The notes under the pieces: generated by a model | The model's database searches: none | What the model saw: the letters and a program-made list of their open reading frames with translations, nothing else | Told to the model about the DNA's origin: nothing | Shown: one piece after another, positions 28,862-37,771 of the stretch | How the letters are laid out: each line of letters starts with the position of its first letter | Numbering within the stretch: the stretch's first letter is position 1 | NCBI GenBank assembly: GCA_039804105.1 | Contig: JBDRZU010000001.1 | Span: 128,001 to 192,000, forward strand | DNA length: 64,000 nt | DNA from: a candidate division WOR-3 bacterium | Lineage (GTDB): Bacteria; Hydrothermota; 32-111 | Reading direction: 5' to 3' | Position numbers and translations under genes: made by a program

Positions 28862-30223
28862 ATGAAAAAGGATAAAACTTTTTTTTATCTACTGATTTTT
28901 CTGTTTTCCTTTTTACTTTTCTGGTTTTTTGTTTCAGTTATTGTGAATGTAGTCCTTGATAAACTTATTGATATAAATCTTAAAAATAAAAGTGAAAGAT
29001 ACCTTCAACAAACACTATCCAACCAGCAGATTTCTTTGATCGATGAGGATCTGGTTGCTGTGATAGTTTTTGATAATGAAAATTTCTATCAAAATAGTAT
29101 AATTTACAAAAATGATATGTTTGAGGTGAATGATCTTTCATCCTATCCCAAAATTTATAAATACAATCTTCCAAATGAGAATAGATCAATACTTTTTGTA
29201 TATAAAGAAACCCAATCAAAATTTAGATTCGCTTTAATCTTACAATTTATTTTTGGTAGTGCACTGTTCGTATTTATCCTTTATTTTATGTTCGTTTTAA
29301 AAGATAGGAGACAAAAAAGTATTTTGAGTATTGTCGAATCTATAAAAAATGGTGAATTTGATAATAAAAATGAGAGTGATGAATTCTATGATTTATTCTC
29401 GACTATAAATGAGATAGTAAAAAAGAAGGAAAGTGAAATTGATAGGTTAAAAGGAGTTATAAGTATTTTAAAGGATCAGAATTTTTCTTTAAAGGAGATG
29501 GATAGTGCAAAATCAAGTGTAATTGAAAATATTTCTCATGAATTGAAAACTCCATTAACTAAAATAAAAGGTTATCTTGAGTACATGTATTCTGAAAAAA
29601 TGGGAGAATTGCAGCCAGCTCAAAAGGATGCTTTAACTGTTGTTATAAAAAATGTCAACTCAATACTAAATCAGATTGATAAAATAATAAAATATGCAAA
29701 ATCAGAATACATAAACCTTGAAAGAGAAATTTTTGATCTTAGAAAAGTTTTAAAAGATATTGTTGACACATATATTCCTATTTCGAATGAAAAAAATATC
29801 AAGATTGTTCTTGATACTTCAAATCTTGAAACTCCCATTTATGCCGATAAGAATGCTCTTGTAGAAGCATTAGATAACATAATAAATAATGCCTTGAAAT
29901 TCACTCAAAAGGATGGTAATATTACTATAACAGGATATGAAAAAATGGATAACAACAATCTTTATGCTGTGATAAGAGTTGAGGATACAGGAATTGGAAT
30001 ACCAGCAGATAAAATCGATAAGATATTTGACAGATTCTATCAGGTCGAACAAACAAGTTCAAAAAAGTATCCTGGAATGGGCCTTGGACTTGCAATAGTA
30101 AAAACGATTATAAATGCTCATAATGGAACTATTGATGTATCTTCTGTCGTAGGAAAGGGGACAAACGTGAAGATAGTTTTACCTTTAAAGGTTAAAGGAG
30201 GGGAAAATGAAGCAAAAGGATGA
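28862..30223 (+). CDS. Membrane sensor histidine kinase
   Basis: Two TM helices, H-box ISHELKTPL, N-box NNALKF, DTGIGI and GMGLGL. Confidence 0.93.
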   Translation: MKKDKTFFYLLIFLFSFLLFWFFVSVIVNVVLDKLIDINLKNKSERYLQQTLSNQQISLIDEDLVAVIVFDNENFYQNSIIYKNDMFEVNDLSSYPKIYKYNLPNENRSILFVYKETQSKFRFALILQFIFGSALFVFILYFMFVLKDRRQKSILSIVESIKNGEFDNKNESDEFYDLFSTINEIVKKKESEIDRLKGVISILKDQNFSLKEMDSAKSSVIENISHELKTPLTKIKGYLEYMYSEKMGELQPAQKDALTVVIKNVNSILNQIDKIIKYAKSEYINLEREIFDLRKVLKDIVDTYIPISNEKNIKIVLDTSNLETPIYADKNALVEALDNIINNALKFTQKDGNITITGYEKMDNNNLYAVIRVEDTGIGIPADKIDKIFDRFYQVEQTSSKKYPGMGLGLAIVKTIINAHNGTIDVSSVVGKGTNVKIVLPLKVKGGENEAKG

Positions 30224-30599
30224 AAAGGTAAAAAAGATACTTATAATTGATGACGATGAGGATATAATAAGTTTGATAAGGATCATTCTTGAAAATGAAA
30301 GTTATACAGTCATAGGTGCTTTGAGTGGTGATGAAGGAATCAAAATGGCTTTGAAAGAAAAACCTGATCTGATATTACTTGATATAATGATGCCAGGAAC
30401 TGATGGATGGGAAGTTATGAAGATGCTCCATACTGACGAAAAAACGAGAAAAATTCCTGTTGCAATGTTAACCTGCAAAACCGATGTTAGAGATAAATTA
30501 ACTGGTCTTCAGGAGGGAGCAATAGATTATATAACAAAACCCTTCTCCCCTGAAGAGTTGATAACAAGGGTAAACAAAATATTTAAAATCTTAAACTGA
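30207..30599 (+). CDS. Single-domain response regulator
   Basis: IIDDD, LLDIMMP and KPF motifs, with no output domain. Confidence 0.93.
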   Translation: MKQKDEKVKKILIIDDDEDIISLIRIILENESYTVIGALSGDEGIKMALKEKPDLILLDIMMPGTDGWEVMKMLHTDEKTRKIPVAMLTCKTDVRDKLTGLQEGAIDYITKPFSPEELITRVNKIFKILN

Positions 30600-30605
30600 G
30601 ATGGA

Positions 30606-31916
30606 GTGTTGATGAACGAAAAAGATTACTTTCAGATGCATACAGAATGGTTAAGGTATAAAAGTTGTCTATTCGATATGAATACAGGTCTACCTGTACT
30701 TCCTCTTGTAATCGAAGATATCAGAAAACTCTCAGATGATTATGGTAAAGTTGTTGTCATCTACATTGACATTACCAAAGATATAGAGTCGTTGTACGGA
30801 TGGCAGATGTATGATAAGTTGATTCGACAGACGGTTAATTCAATATCATTTTTGAAAAAAGAAATACTTCCAGAAAATACGATCATCACACTTACCGGCG
30901 TTAGAAGTGGAGAGATCCTACTTTTTCTTTCAACCGATAAAAATGGTAATATACTTTCCAACGATGATGTTGAAAAAATTGAAAGAAGGATCAAATCAAA
31001 AATTGAGAATGAACTCCCAGGATGGGAACCGAACTATATTTTTGCGACAAAAGTTTTTAGAACAGGATATTCATTTTTCACAAAAAGTCCAACAAGAAGA
31101 ATGGAAAGAACAATTTTTCAAGCAATTGATAAAGCAAGAAGAATCATTGAAAGACAGAAAGAGGAAGCGCGACTCGATAGAGATCTCAACCTTGAATACA
31201 TAATTGCAAACAACGAGATAAACACTGTGTATCAGCCAATAATCGATTTAAAAAATGGTGAGATTCTTGGATATGAAGCTTTGTCGAGAATAACTAACGA
31301 TTCGTTTCTTTCAAACTCTGAAATTCTTTTTTCCTATGCTGTTGAAACAGATATGCTTCTTGATCTTGAAAGAATATGTAGAACGAATGCTGTGTTACAT
31401 CTACCAGAAAAACTAAATGGTAAATTACTTTTTTTGAACTCGAGTGCAAAAGGTATCTATGATCCTGAGTTCAAGTCAAAAAAATTTGAGAACTTTCTTG
31501 AAGAACATTCTATACCAAAAGAAAATGTAGTTATTGAGATAACAGAGAAACTCGCTGTAACTGATTATCAATCGTTTGACAAATCGGTAAAGATTTTAAA
31601 AGATAAAGGTTTTAAAATCGCGATAGATGATATGGGGGCTGGATACTCTTCTTTAAGAACGATCTCAGAGTTGAAACCAAACTTTTTAAAATATGATATG
31701 GCTCTGATCAGGGATATACATAAAAATTTAATAAAAAAAGATCTTCTTGAAACTCTTATTCCTTTTACCGAAAGATTGGGATCAGAGATAATAGCAGAAG
31801 GTATCGAAACTGAAGAAGAATTCGAAACTTTGAAGAGTATAGGCATAAAATATGGACAGGGTTTCTTTATCGCTATTCCTGAGAATCCTTTCCCTAAAAT
31901 AAAAATTAAAAGTTAA
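30606..31916 (+). CDS. EAL c-di-GMP phosphodiesterase with a degenerate GGDEF-like N-terminal domain
   Basis: YQPI, GYEALSR, EITE, DDMGAGYSS, AEGIET and GQG are intact. The N-terminal domain has DMNTGLP but RSGEI in place of GGDEF. Confidence 0.85.
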   Translation: MLMNEKDYFQMHTEWLRYKSCLFDMNTGLPVLPLVIEDIRKLSDDYGKVVVIYIDITKDIESLYGWQMYDKLIRQTVNSISFLKKEILPENTIITLTGVRSGEILLFLSTDKNGNILSNDDVEKIERRIKSKIENELPGWEPNYIFATKVFRTGYSFFTKSPTRRMERTIFQAIDKARRIIERQKEEARLDRDLNLEYIIANNEINTVYQPIIDLKNGEILGYEALSRITNDSFLSNSEILFSYAVETDMLLDLERICRTNAVLHLPEKLNGKLLFLNSSAKGIYDPEFKSKKFENFLEEHSIPKENVVIEITEKLAVTDYQSFDKSVKILKDKGFKIAIDDMGAGYSSLRTISELKPNFLKYDMALIRDIHKNLIKKDLLETLIPFTERLGSEIIAEGIETEEEFETLKSIGIKYGQGFFIAIPENPFPKIKIKS

Positions 31917-31917
31917 A

Positions 31918-33588
31918 GTGAAGATAAAACTTTTACCTGAGTCGGTCTATTCTTTCATAGCGGCTGGTGAGGTAATCGATAGACCTTCCTCAGTTGTGAG
32001 GGAATTGGTTCAAAATTCAATAGATGCCTTTTCATCCAGTATAACAGTTTCTATTAATAAGGGGGGAAAAGAACTAATCAATGTGATAGATGATGGTGAA
32101 GGGATGGATCGAGAGGATCTGATTTTTGCAACGAAAAAACATGCAACAAGTAAAATCAATACGATCGATGATCTCAAAAACTTGAACACTTATGGTTTCA
32201 GAGGAGAAGCATTATATTCAATAGGTCTTGTATCAGAGTTGTTTATAGAATCAAAAGTTAAAGAGGATGAGATTGGAAACTCGATAAAGATAGATTCTGG
32301 AAATCTTATAGGGATAGAAAAATCATCGATTGAAAAAGGAACGAGTATTGTTGTAAGAGATCTTTTTAAAAATATTCCAGCAAGAAGAAAATTCTTAAAA
32401 TCTGATCTTTATGAACAGAAAAAGGTTGAAGAGGAATTCATTTACCATTCTTTAGCAAATCCTGAGATAAATTTTAGACTCATAGTTGATGGTCACATCG
32501 TTTACAATTTAAAATCAAAAGATTTGAAGGAAAGAGTTAAAGAATTGAAAGGTGAAAATTTTGTGAAAAATAGTTTTCTTTTGGACTATTTTGAGAAGGG
32601 CATACGTGTTAAAGGTTTTGTTGGGAATCCAAATCTTTTCAACGATTTAAAATATAAAGTTAGTATCGTATTCGTAAACAGAAGGTTTATAAATTTCCCT
32701 CAGATAAAAAAAGCAATTTTTAGTGCTTTTGGAACTCAACTGAAAAAAGGATTCACTCCGTATATCGTTTATATAGAGATATCACCCGAACTTGTTGATT
32801 TTAATGTCCATCCGATGAAAAAAGAGGTTAAATTTTCTTCGGAGAATGATCTTTTCTATGTTGTGAATCGAGCTGTCAGGAGTGGACTGATTGTTGATAA
32901 AAAATTGATTGAAATTGAAAAAAAAGAGAGCAATGTTGATTTTTCAAAACCGGATATTTTTGTAAGAGAGGAAAAACTTTTTTCAGAGGTTGATTTTTAT
33001 CTTTCTGAGAAAAAAAATGTGGTTCAGGGCCAGGAAAGTTCAAAATTCTGGCAGTTTCAGAATTCATACATTTTTGCTTCAGTTAAAAATAAACTTTATA
33101 TAATTGATCAGCATGCTGCAGCCGAAAGGATTGCCTATGAAAAACTTTTGAAAGAGAAGTCAAAAATTACTTCTCAGAAACTTTTATTTCCTTTTACTCT
33201 GAGATTGAATTCAGAAGTTTATATTTTTATAAATGAAAATATCGACAGGTTTGAAAATTTAGGTTTTTCGATAAGGGTTTTTGATAATAACAAAATTCTT
33301 GTTGAATCTATTCCTTCGATAATAGAAGAGGATTTCAACAAAGAGGATTTTGAACAATTTGCCAATGAAATCTATAATGTTGGTTTTGGAACAGAATTTG
33401 ATGAAATTTTAAAAATCATAGCATGTAAATCCTCAATAAAAGCAGGAAAAAAGTTAAATGTGAATGAGATGGAAGAGATATTCAATCAACTTTTCGGTTG
33501 TGAAAATCCTCACTCGTGTCCTCATGGAAGACCGACTTTTATCATTTTTGAAACAGATGATTTTGAAAGATGGTTCAAAAGAAAATAG
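31918..33588 (+). CDS. mutL: DNA mismatch repair protein MutL (endonuclease type)
   Basis: IAAGEVI, GFRGEAL, DQHAAAERIAYE, ACK and CPHGRP. Confidence 0.96.
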   Translation: MKIKLLPESVYSFIAAGEVIDRPSSVVRELVQNSIDAFSSSITVSINKGGKELINVIDDGEGMDREDLIFATKKHATSKINTIDDLKNLNTYGFRGEALYSIGLVSELFIESKVKEDEIGNSIKIDSGNLIGIEKSSIEKGTSIVVRDLFKNIPARRKFLKSDLYEQKKVEEEFIYHSLANPEINFRLIVDGHIVYNLKSKDLKERVKELKGENFVKNSFLLDYFEKGIRVKGFVGNPNLFNDLKYKVSIVFVNRRFINFPQIKKAIFSAFGTQLKKGFTPYIVYIEISPELVDFNVHPMKKEVKFSSENDLFYVVNRAVRSGLIVDKKLIEIEKKESNVDFSKPDIFVREEKLFSEVDFYLSEKKNVVQGQESSKFWQFQNSYIFASVKNKLYIIDQHAAAERIAYEKLLKEKSKITSQKLLFPFTLRLNSEVYIFINENIDRFENLGFSIRVFDNNKILVESIPSIIEEDFNKEDFEQFANEIYNVGFGTEFDEILKIIACKSSIKAGKKLNVNEMEEIFNQLFGCENPHSCPHGRPTFIIFETDDFERWFKRK

Positions 33589-34427
33589 AACTTTTACTCG
33601 GGGAGACAGCATCTGGTAAAACTGAATATTTAAAGGAAAGATCTAAAAAAGAAAATTTTGTAGTTTTCAATTGTGACTCAAGACAGATATACAAATTTCT
33701 TGATATAGGTACAGCAAAACCTGATAAAGAATTTTTGGGTAAAGTTTTTCATTACTTTGTAGATATTGTTGAATACGATCAAAAATTTTCAGCAGGAGAT
33801 TTTTTAAGAAATTTTAATGACTACTTAAATAGAGAGGACAGAAAGATAATTTTAAGCGTTGGAACACCATTCTATCTGAATTCGATTATTTACGGACTCG
33901 ATGATATTCCAGAAGTTTCAAAGGAAACAAAGGGAAAGGTACAATTAATAATGAAAGAAAAGGGACTTTCTTACCTTTATGATCTTTTGAATAAAGTGGA
34001 TCCGCAGAGAGCACAGGAATTAAACAAAAATGATAAACAGAGAATAACAAGGGCAATTGAAGTGTACTTTGAAACTAAAAAACCGATAAGTTCTTTCTAC
34101 AGGAAGAGAAAAAAAATCGGTTTTAAAGTTGAAAAAATGGAATATCTTTATAGGGACAAAAAAGAATTACAAGAAAGGATAGTTAAAAGGGTTGAACGAA
34201 TGGTTTTTTCAGGACTTGTTGAGGAAGTAGAAAAAATAAAAGTTTTGTATGGGGAAGAGATTTTTTATGAAAAACCTGTTATAGGTTATTTTGAAACATT
34301 TGAGTATATTAAAGGTCTTATATCGAAGGAAGAGATGAAAGAAAAAATTGTAAAAAACACTCTTTCACTTGTAAAAAGGCAGAGAACATTCTTTAAAAAA
34401 ATTATAAAGGACTTGAACCAGCTTTAA
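33570..34427 (+). CDS. miaA: tRNA dimethylallyltransferase
   Basis: GETASGKT, DSRQIYK, DIGTAKP, KRQRT and mutL-miaA synteny. Confidence 0.92.
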   Translation: MVQKKIELLLGETASGKTEYLKERSKKENFVVFNCDSRQIYKFLDIGTAKPDKEFLGKVFHYFVDIVEYDQKFSAGDFLRNFNDYLNREDRKIILSVGTPFYLNSIIYGLDDIPEVSKETKGKVQLIMKEKGLSYLYDLLNKVDPQRAQELNKNDKQRITRAIEVYFETKKPISSFYRKRKKIGFKVEKMEYLYRDKKELQERIVKRVERMVFSGLVEEVEKIKVLYGEEIFYEKPVIGYFETFEYIKGLISKEEMKEKIVKNTLSLVKRQRTFFKKIIKDLNQL

Positions 34428-34450
34428 ATATTATTGATTTTAAAAAGATG

Positions 34451-34478
34451 TTGACAAAATTATTCCTTTTAATATAAT
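34451..34478 (+). promoter_or_regulatory. Consensus sigma70 promoter
   Basis: TTGACA-N16-TATAAT followed by SD AGGAG and the ATG at 34504. Confidence 0.75.
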
Positions 34479-34503
34479 AAAACCTAAAAACAGGAGTAAA
34501 CAG

Positions 34504-35097
34504 ATGAAAAAATTTCCATTTTTAGAAATAGCGATAGTAATAGCAACAGCAATTCTTCTTTATATTTTAATATATCCAGGATATGTTAAAAATAAAGAAA
34601 CCAACAATAATTACAGTATGATTTCTAATATTTACGCTTTAAGAGCAGCATACGAAAAATATGTAGCCCTTGATAACAACGGAGAACTACCTTCAAAGAT
34701 CGAAAACAAAATATACCAATATTTAAAAGAGTTTAATGTAAAAAATCCATACACAAATGAGGAATACAAAGAAGGTGATATAAAAATATATAACCTTGAA
34801 AACACCCTTGATATAGTTGATAACACTCTTTCTGGAAAACATGGGTCACAGAGAGGAACCCCGGGGACTTTTGCTATAGGATTTTTTATCCCGGATCTTA
34901 CAACCTACAATGAACTTGTTAACAAACCAAACAAAACCAAAGATGAAATAAAGAAATTAGAGTCGATAAAACTTGAAGTGAAAAAGTATACTGTTATAGG
35001 ATTCAATCAGGACTCCATTCCTGTTACAACGAAAGATATGACAGGTGAACGATTGGAAGTATTTTTCCTTCAAGGAGAAAAGACATCTACTGATTAA
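34504..35097 (+). CDS. Type IV pilin/pseudopilin-like protein lacking Gly(-1)
   Basis: MKK-FPFLE...P gives Phe1, Glu5 and Pro22 spacing, followed by NIYALRAAYEKY...NGELP and KNPY. Confidence 0.6.
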   Translation: MKKFPFLEIAIVIATAILLYILIYPGYVKNKETNNNYSMISNIYALRAAYEKYVALDNNGELPSKIENKIYQYLKEFNVKNPYTNEEYKEGDIKIYNLENTLDIVDNTLSGKHGSQRGTPGTFAIGFFIPDLTTYNELVNKPNKTKDEIKKLESIKLEVKKYTVIGFNQDSIPVTTKDMTGERLEVFFLQGEKTSTD

Positions 35098-35918
35098 TAT
35101 TTTTCAATATCAACTTTTTCTATCTTATCTTTTAAATCGATCTTGAGAAACCTGTAAACTATTTTTGTAAAGTTTGCAGGTATATCTGAAAGATAAAGTT
35201 TTATATCTCCAGAAGATTCTTTTGAATTTTCAAGATAGTTATCTTCAAGTATATGTTTAACTGTTCTTGCGGTTTGTCTTGCAGAATTTACTATCGAAAT
35301 TCTTTTACCGCAGATTTTTGATATTTCCTTTTCAAATAATGGGTAGTGCGTACATCCAAGGATTAGAGTATCAATATTTTTGTTTATGAGTTCCGTTAGA
35401 TAATTTCTCAATACCAGTTTTACGATCTCTCCTTTGAAGAAACCTTCTTCAGCGAGAGGAACAAGTAGTGGAGTCATCTTTGAAAAAACTTTTATCTTAG
35501 GATTGAACCTTTTTAAAACTTTTCTGTATGATCCTGAACCGATTGTTGCTGGAGTTCCTATGACCCCAATTTTTAAATTATTTGTTATCTGTGAAGCGTA
35601 TAGAGCGTTTGGTATGAGAACGTCCACGAATGGTATTTTTTTATACTTAGATTTTAGTATATCCATTGCGTTTGATGAAACTGTATTGCAAGCAACTACT
35701 ATTAATTTTACATCTTTGTGAAGTAAAAAATTTGTATCCTGCAGAGCATACTTTTGAATTGTTTCAACAGATTTGATTCCATATGGAACCCTTGCAGTAT
35801 CACCAAAATATATTAAATCCTCATGTGGTAATACCTTTCTTATCTCTTTCAGAACTGTCAGTCCACCAATTCCTGAATCGAAAATCCCTATAGGTTTATT
35901 TTGTAAATTTTTTTTCAT
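35094..35918 (-). CDS. murI: Glutamate racemase
   Basis: FDSGIGG, DTARVPYG, ACNT and LGCTHY. Confidence 0.96.
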   Translation of the reverse strand: MKKNLQNKPIGIFDSGIGGLTVLKEIRKVLPHEDLIYFGDTARVPYGIKSVETIQKYALQDTNFLLHKDVKLIVVACNTVSSNAMDILKSKYKKIPFVDVLIPNALYASQITNNLKIGVIGTPATIGSGSYRKVLKRFNPKIKVFSKMTPLLVPLAEEGFFKGEIVKLVLRNYLTELINKNIDTLILGCTHYPLFEKEISKICGKRISIVNSARQTARTVKHILEDNYLENSKESSGDIKLYLSDIPANFTKIVYRFLKIDLKDKIEKVDIEKY

Positions 35919-37356
35919 GTTCCTTTATAAAATCCCTTATACCTTCAAATATTACCTGAGTGAGTTCATCCCTGTAACTTTTGTTGTTTAATTTTTTTTC
36001 CTCTTCTTTGTTTGAAATGTAACCACATTCTATAAGTATCGCTGGCATGAAATTCCCTTTTAAAACATAGAAACCTGCCTGCTTTACTCCTCTTTCAGAA
36101 TCCTTAAATTTTTTTTCATATTTTGTTTGAATAAGTTCTGCTAATCTCGATGATTCATTTAAAAATTCATTCTGAGCTAAATCAAAGAATATAAAATCCA
36201 ATCCTTTTTTTTCTGCTTCTGGCAGATCAAATGTAACTGAAGCGTTTTCTCTTGCCTCTACAGCTCTTTCCCAGTCGGTTTTTGCTGTTGAAAGGAAGTA
36301 TGTTTCAAATCCTTTTGACTCAACGTTTTTAGATGCATTGCAATGTATTGATACAAAAAGCGCATTTTTGTATTTATTTGCAAAATTTGTCCTTTCCTTG
36401 AGAGAGAGAAATCGATCGTCATATCTTGTTAAAACCACATCAATATAACTCAAATTTGATTTTATTTTTTCTTTTAACCTTAACGATATATCAAGATTTA
36501 GATTTTTTTCTTTTGTTCCGTTGTATCCTATTGCACCTGGATCTTTTCCGCCGTGTCCTGGATCGATTATAATAGTTTTGATAGTTTGGGGTTCATTTTT
36601 GTTATCATTTTTTTTCAATTTGATGAAATTTATTTTTATCGAATCCTCAAACATAAAAAGAGTATCGAATAAAAATTCTGGAGAAAATGTGATTATATAT
36701 GTTGAGCCATCACTATCGTTGATCGGTTCGGCAACTCTTATGAGATTTTTTGAGTTTTTAAATTTAAAAGAATCCTCATGGATAAAACAATTTTTAAAAA
36801 ATAGTATCAAGTCCCTTTGAGTTAACTCATAATCGGTTTGCGGAGTTTTGTTGAAAAGGAGTATGATACTGTTTTCGTTTTCTTTGATTTTTTTTAAATA
36901 TATTTTTTCAAAATATTTGATGCTATAATCAGAATAGGATGTATTTTCTGGTAACAGTTTTTCGAATATTTGTTTTATACTTTTGACTGGCAGAAAGATC
37001 TGTTGATCTCTGATAATGGGAGTGTAAGATATTTTATATGTGGAACCACCTATTTTTACATAGGGTGAATTTATAAGTAATATAGCATAATTCCTGTTGG
37101 TTTCGATCGTGATCTCTTCCTGAACCTTTTTAAATTTTATTTTGCCGTTGATGGAGTTAATAAAGATGTTTAGATCGATATATTCTATGTTATCAAACCT
37201 CGCTATCTCTATGGAATCCGATATTCCATTTTTTATGATTTCAAAAAAATCCTCTGGATAAATATTTTGTGAAATTAGGATGAAAGCCAGAAGTAAAAAA
37301 AGTGGCCTAACAAAATTACCTATATTTTTTAAGATCTCTTGAAATCTCTCTTTCAT
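35896..37356 (-). CDS. N-acetylmuramoyl-L-alanine amidase (Amidase_3, AmiC-like)
   Basis: IDPGHGGKDPGA, EK, SIHCN, GFETY and ECGYISN. Signal-like N-terminus; start uncertain. Confidence 0.9.
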   Translation of the reverse strand: MKERFQEILKNIGNFVRPLFLLLAFILISQNIYPEDFFEIIKNGISDSIEIARFDNIEYIDLNIFINSINGKIKFKKVQEEITIETNRNYAILLINSPYVKIGGSTYKISYTPIIRDQQIFLPVKSIKQIFEKLLPENTSYSDYSIKYFEKIYLKKIKENENSIILLFNKTPQTDYELTQRDLILFFKNCFIHEDSFKFKNSKNLIRVAEPINDSDGSTYIITFSPEFLFDTLFMFEDSIKINFIKLKKNDNKNEPQTIKTIIIDPGHGGKDPGAIGYNGTKEKNLNLDISLRLKEKIKSNLSYIDVVLTRYDDRFLSLKERTNFANKYKNALFVSIHCNASKNVESKGFETYFLSTAKTDWERAVEARENASVTFDLPEAEKKGLDFIFFDLAQNEFLNESSRLAELIQTKYEKKFKDSERGVKQAGFYVLKGNFMPAILIECGYISNKEEEKKLNNKSYRDELTQVIFEGIRDFIKEHEKKFTK

Positions 37357-37771
37357 AATCTTTTCTCTTAATACTCTCTTTTTTGTCGTACAACTTTTTA
37401 CCTTTACATAAAGCGACTTTAATTTTTACTAAATTCCTTTCATTTAAGTATACTTCAATAGGTTTTAAAGTCAAACCTTTTTCTTCAACCTTTCGTAACA
37501 ATCTTTTGATCTCATTTTTATGCATAAGGAGTTTTCTTTTTCTTTTTGGATCGATGTTTGTATGTGTTCCAAATGGATTTTTGTCGATCGTCATATCATG
37601 AACAAAAATTTCGATTTTTTCTTTATCTATTTTACAGTATGCTTCTTTTATTGAAAATGCACCTTTTCTTATCGATTTAACTTCATCTCCTTTTAACACG
37701 ATTCCAGCCTCAAATTCCTCTAATACTTCGTAATCGAAAAAAATTTTCTTATTTTTTTGTAAAATTTTCAT
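37316..37771 (-). CDS. smpB: SsrA-binding protein
   Basis: EAGIVLKGDEVKSIR, RKRKLLMHK and KGKKLYDKK. Confidence 0.95.
   Translation of the reverse strand: MKILQKNKKIFFDYEVLEEFEAGIVLKGDEVKSIRKGAFSIKEAYCKIDKEKIEIFVHDMTIDKNPFGTHTNIDPKRKRKLLMHKNEIKRLLRKVEEKGLTLKPIEVYLNERNLVKIKVALCKGKKLYDKKESIKRKDYEREISRDLKKYR

Noticed and set aside
37316..37771. tmRNA gene next to smpB
   Set aside because: smpB overlaps protein genes on both sides, leaving no room, and no tRNA-like ends are visible.
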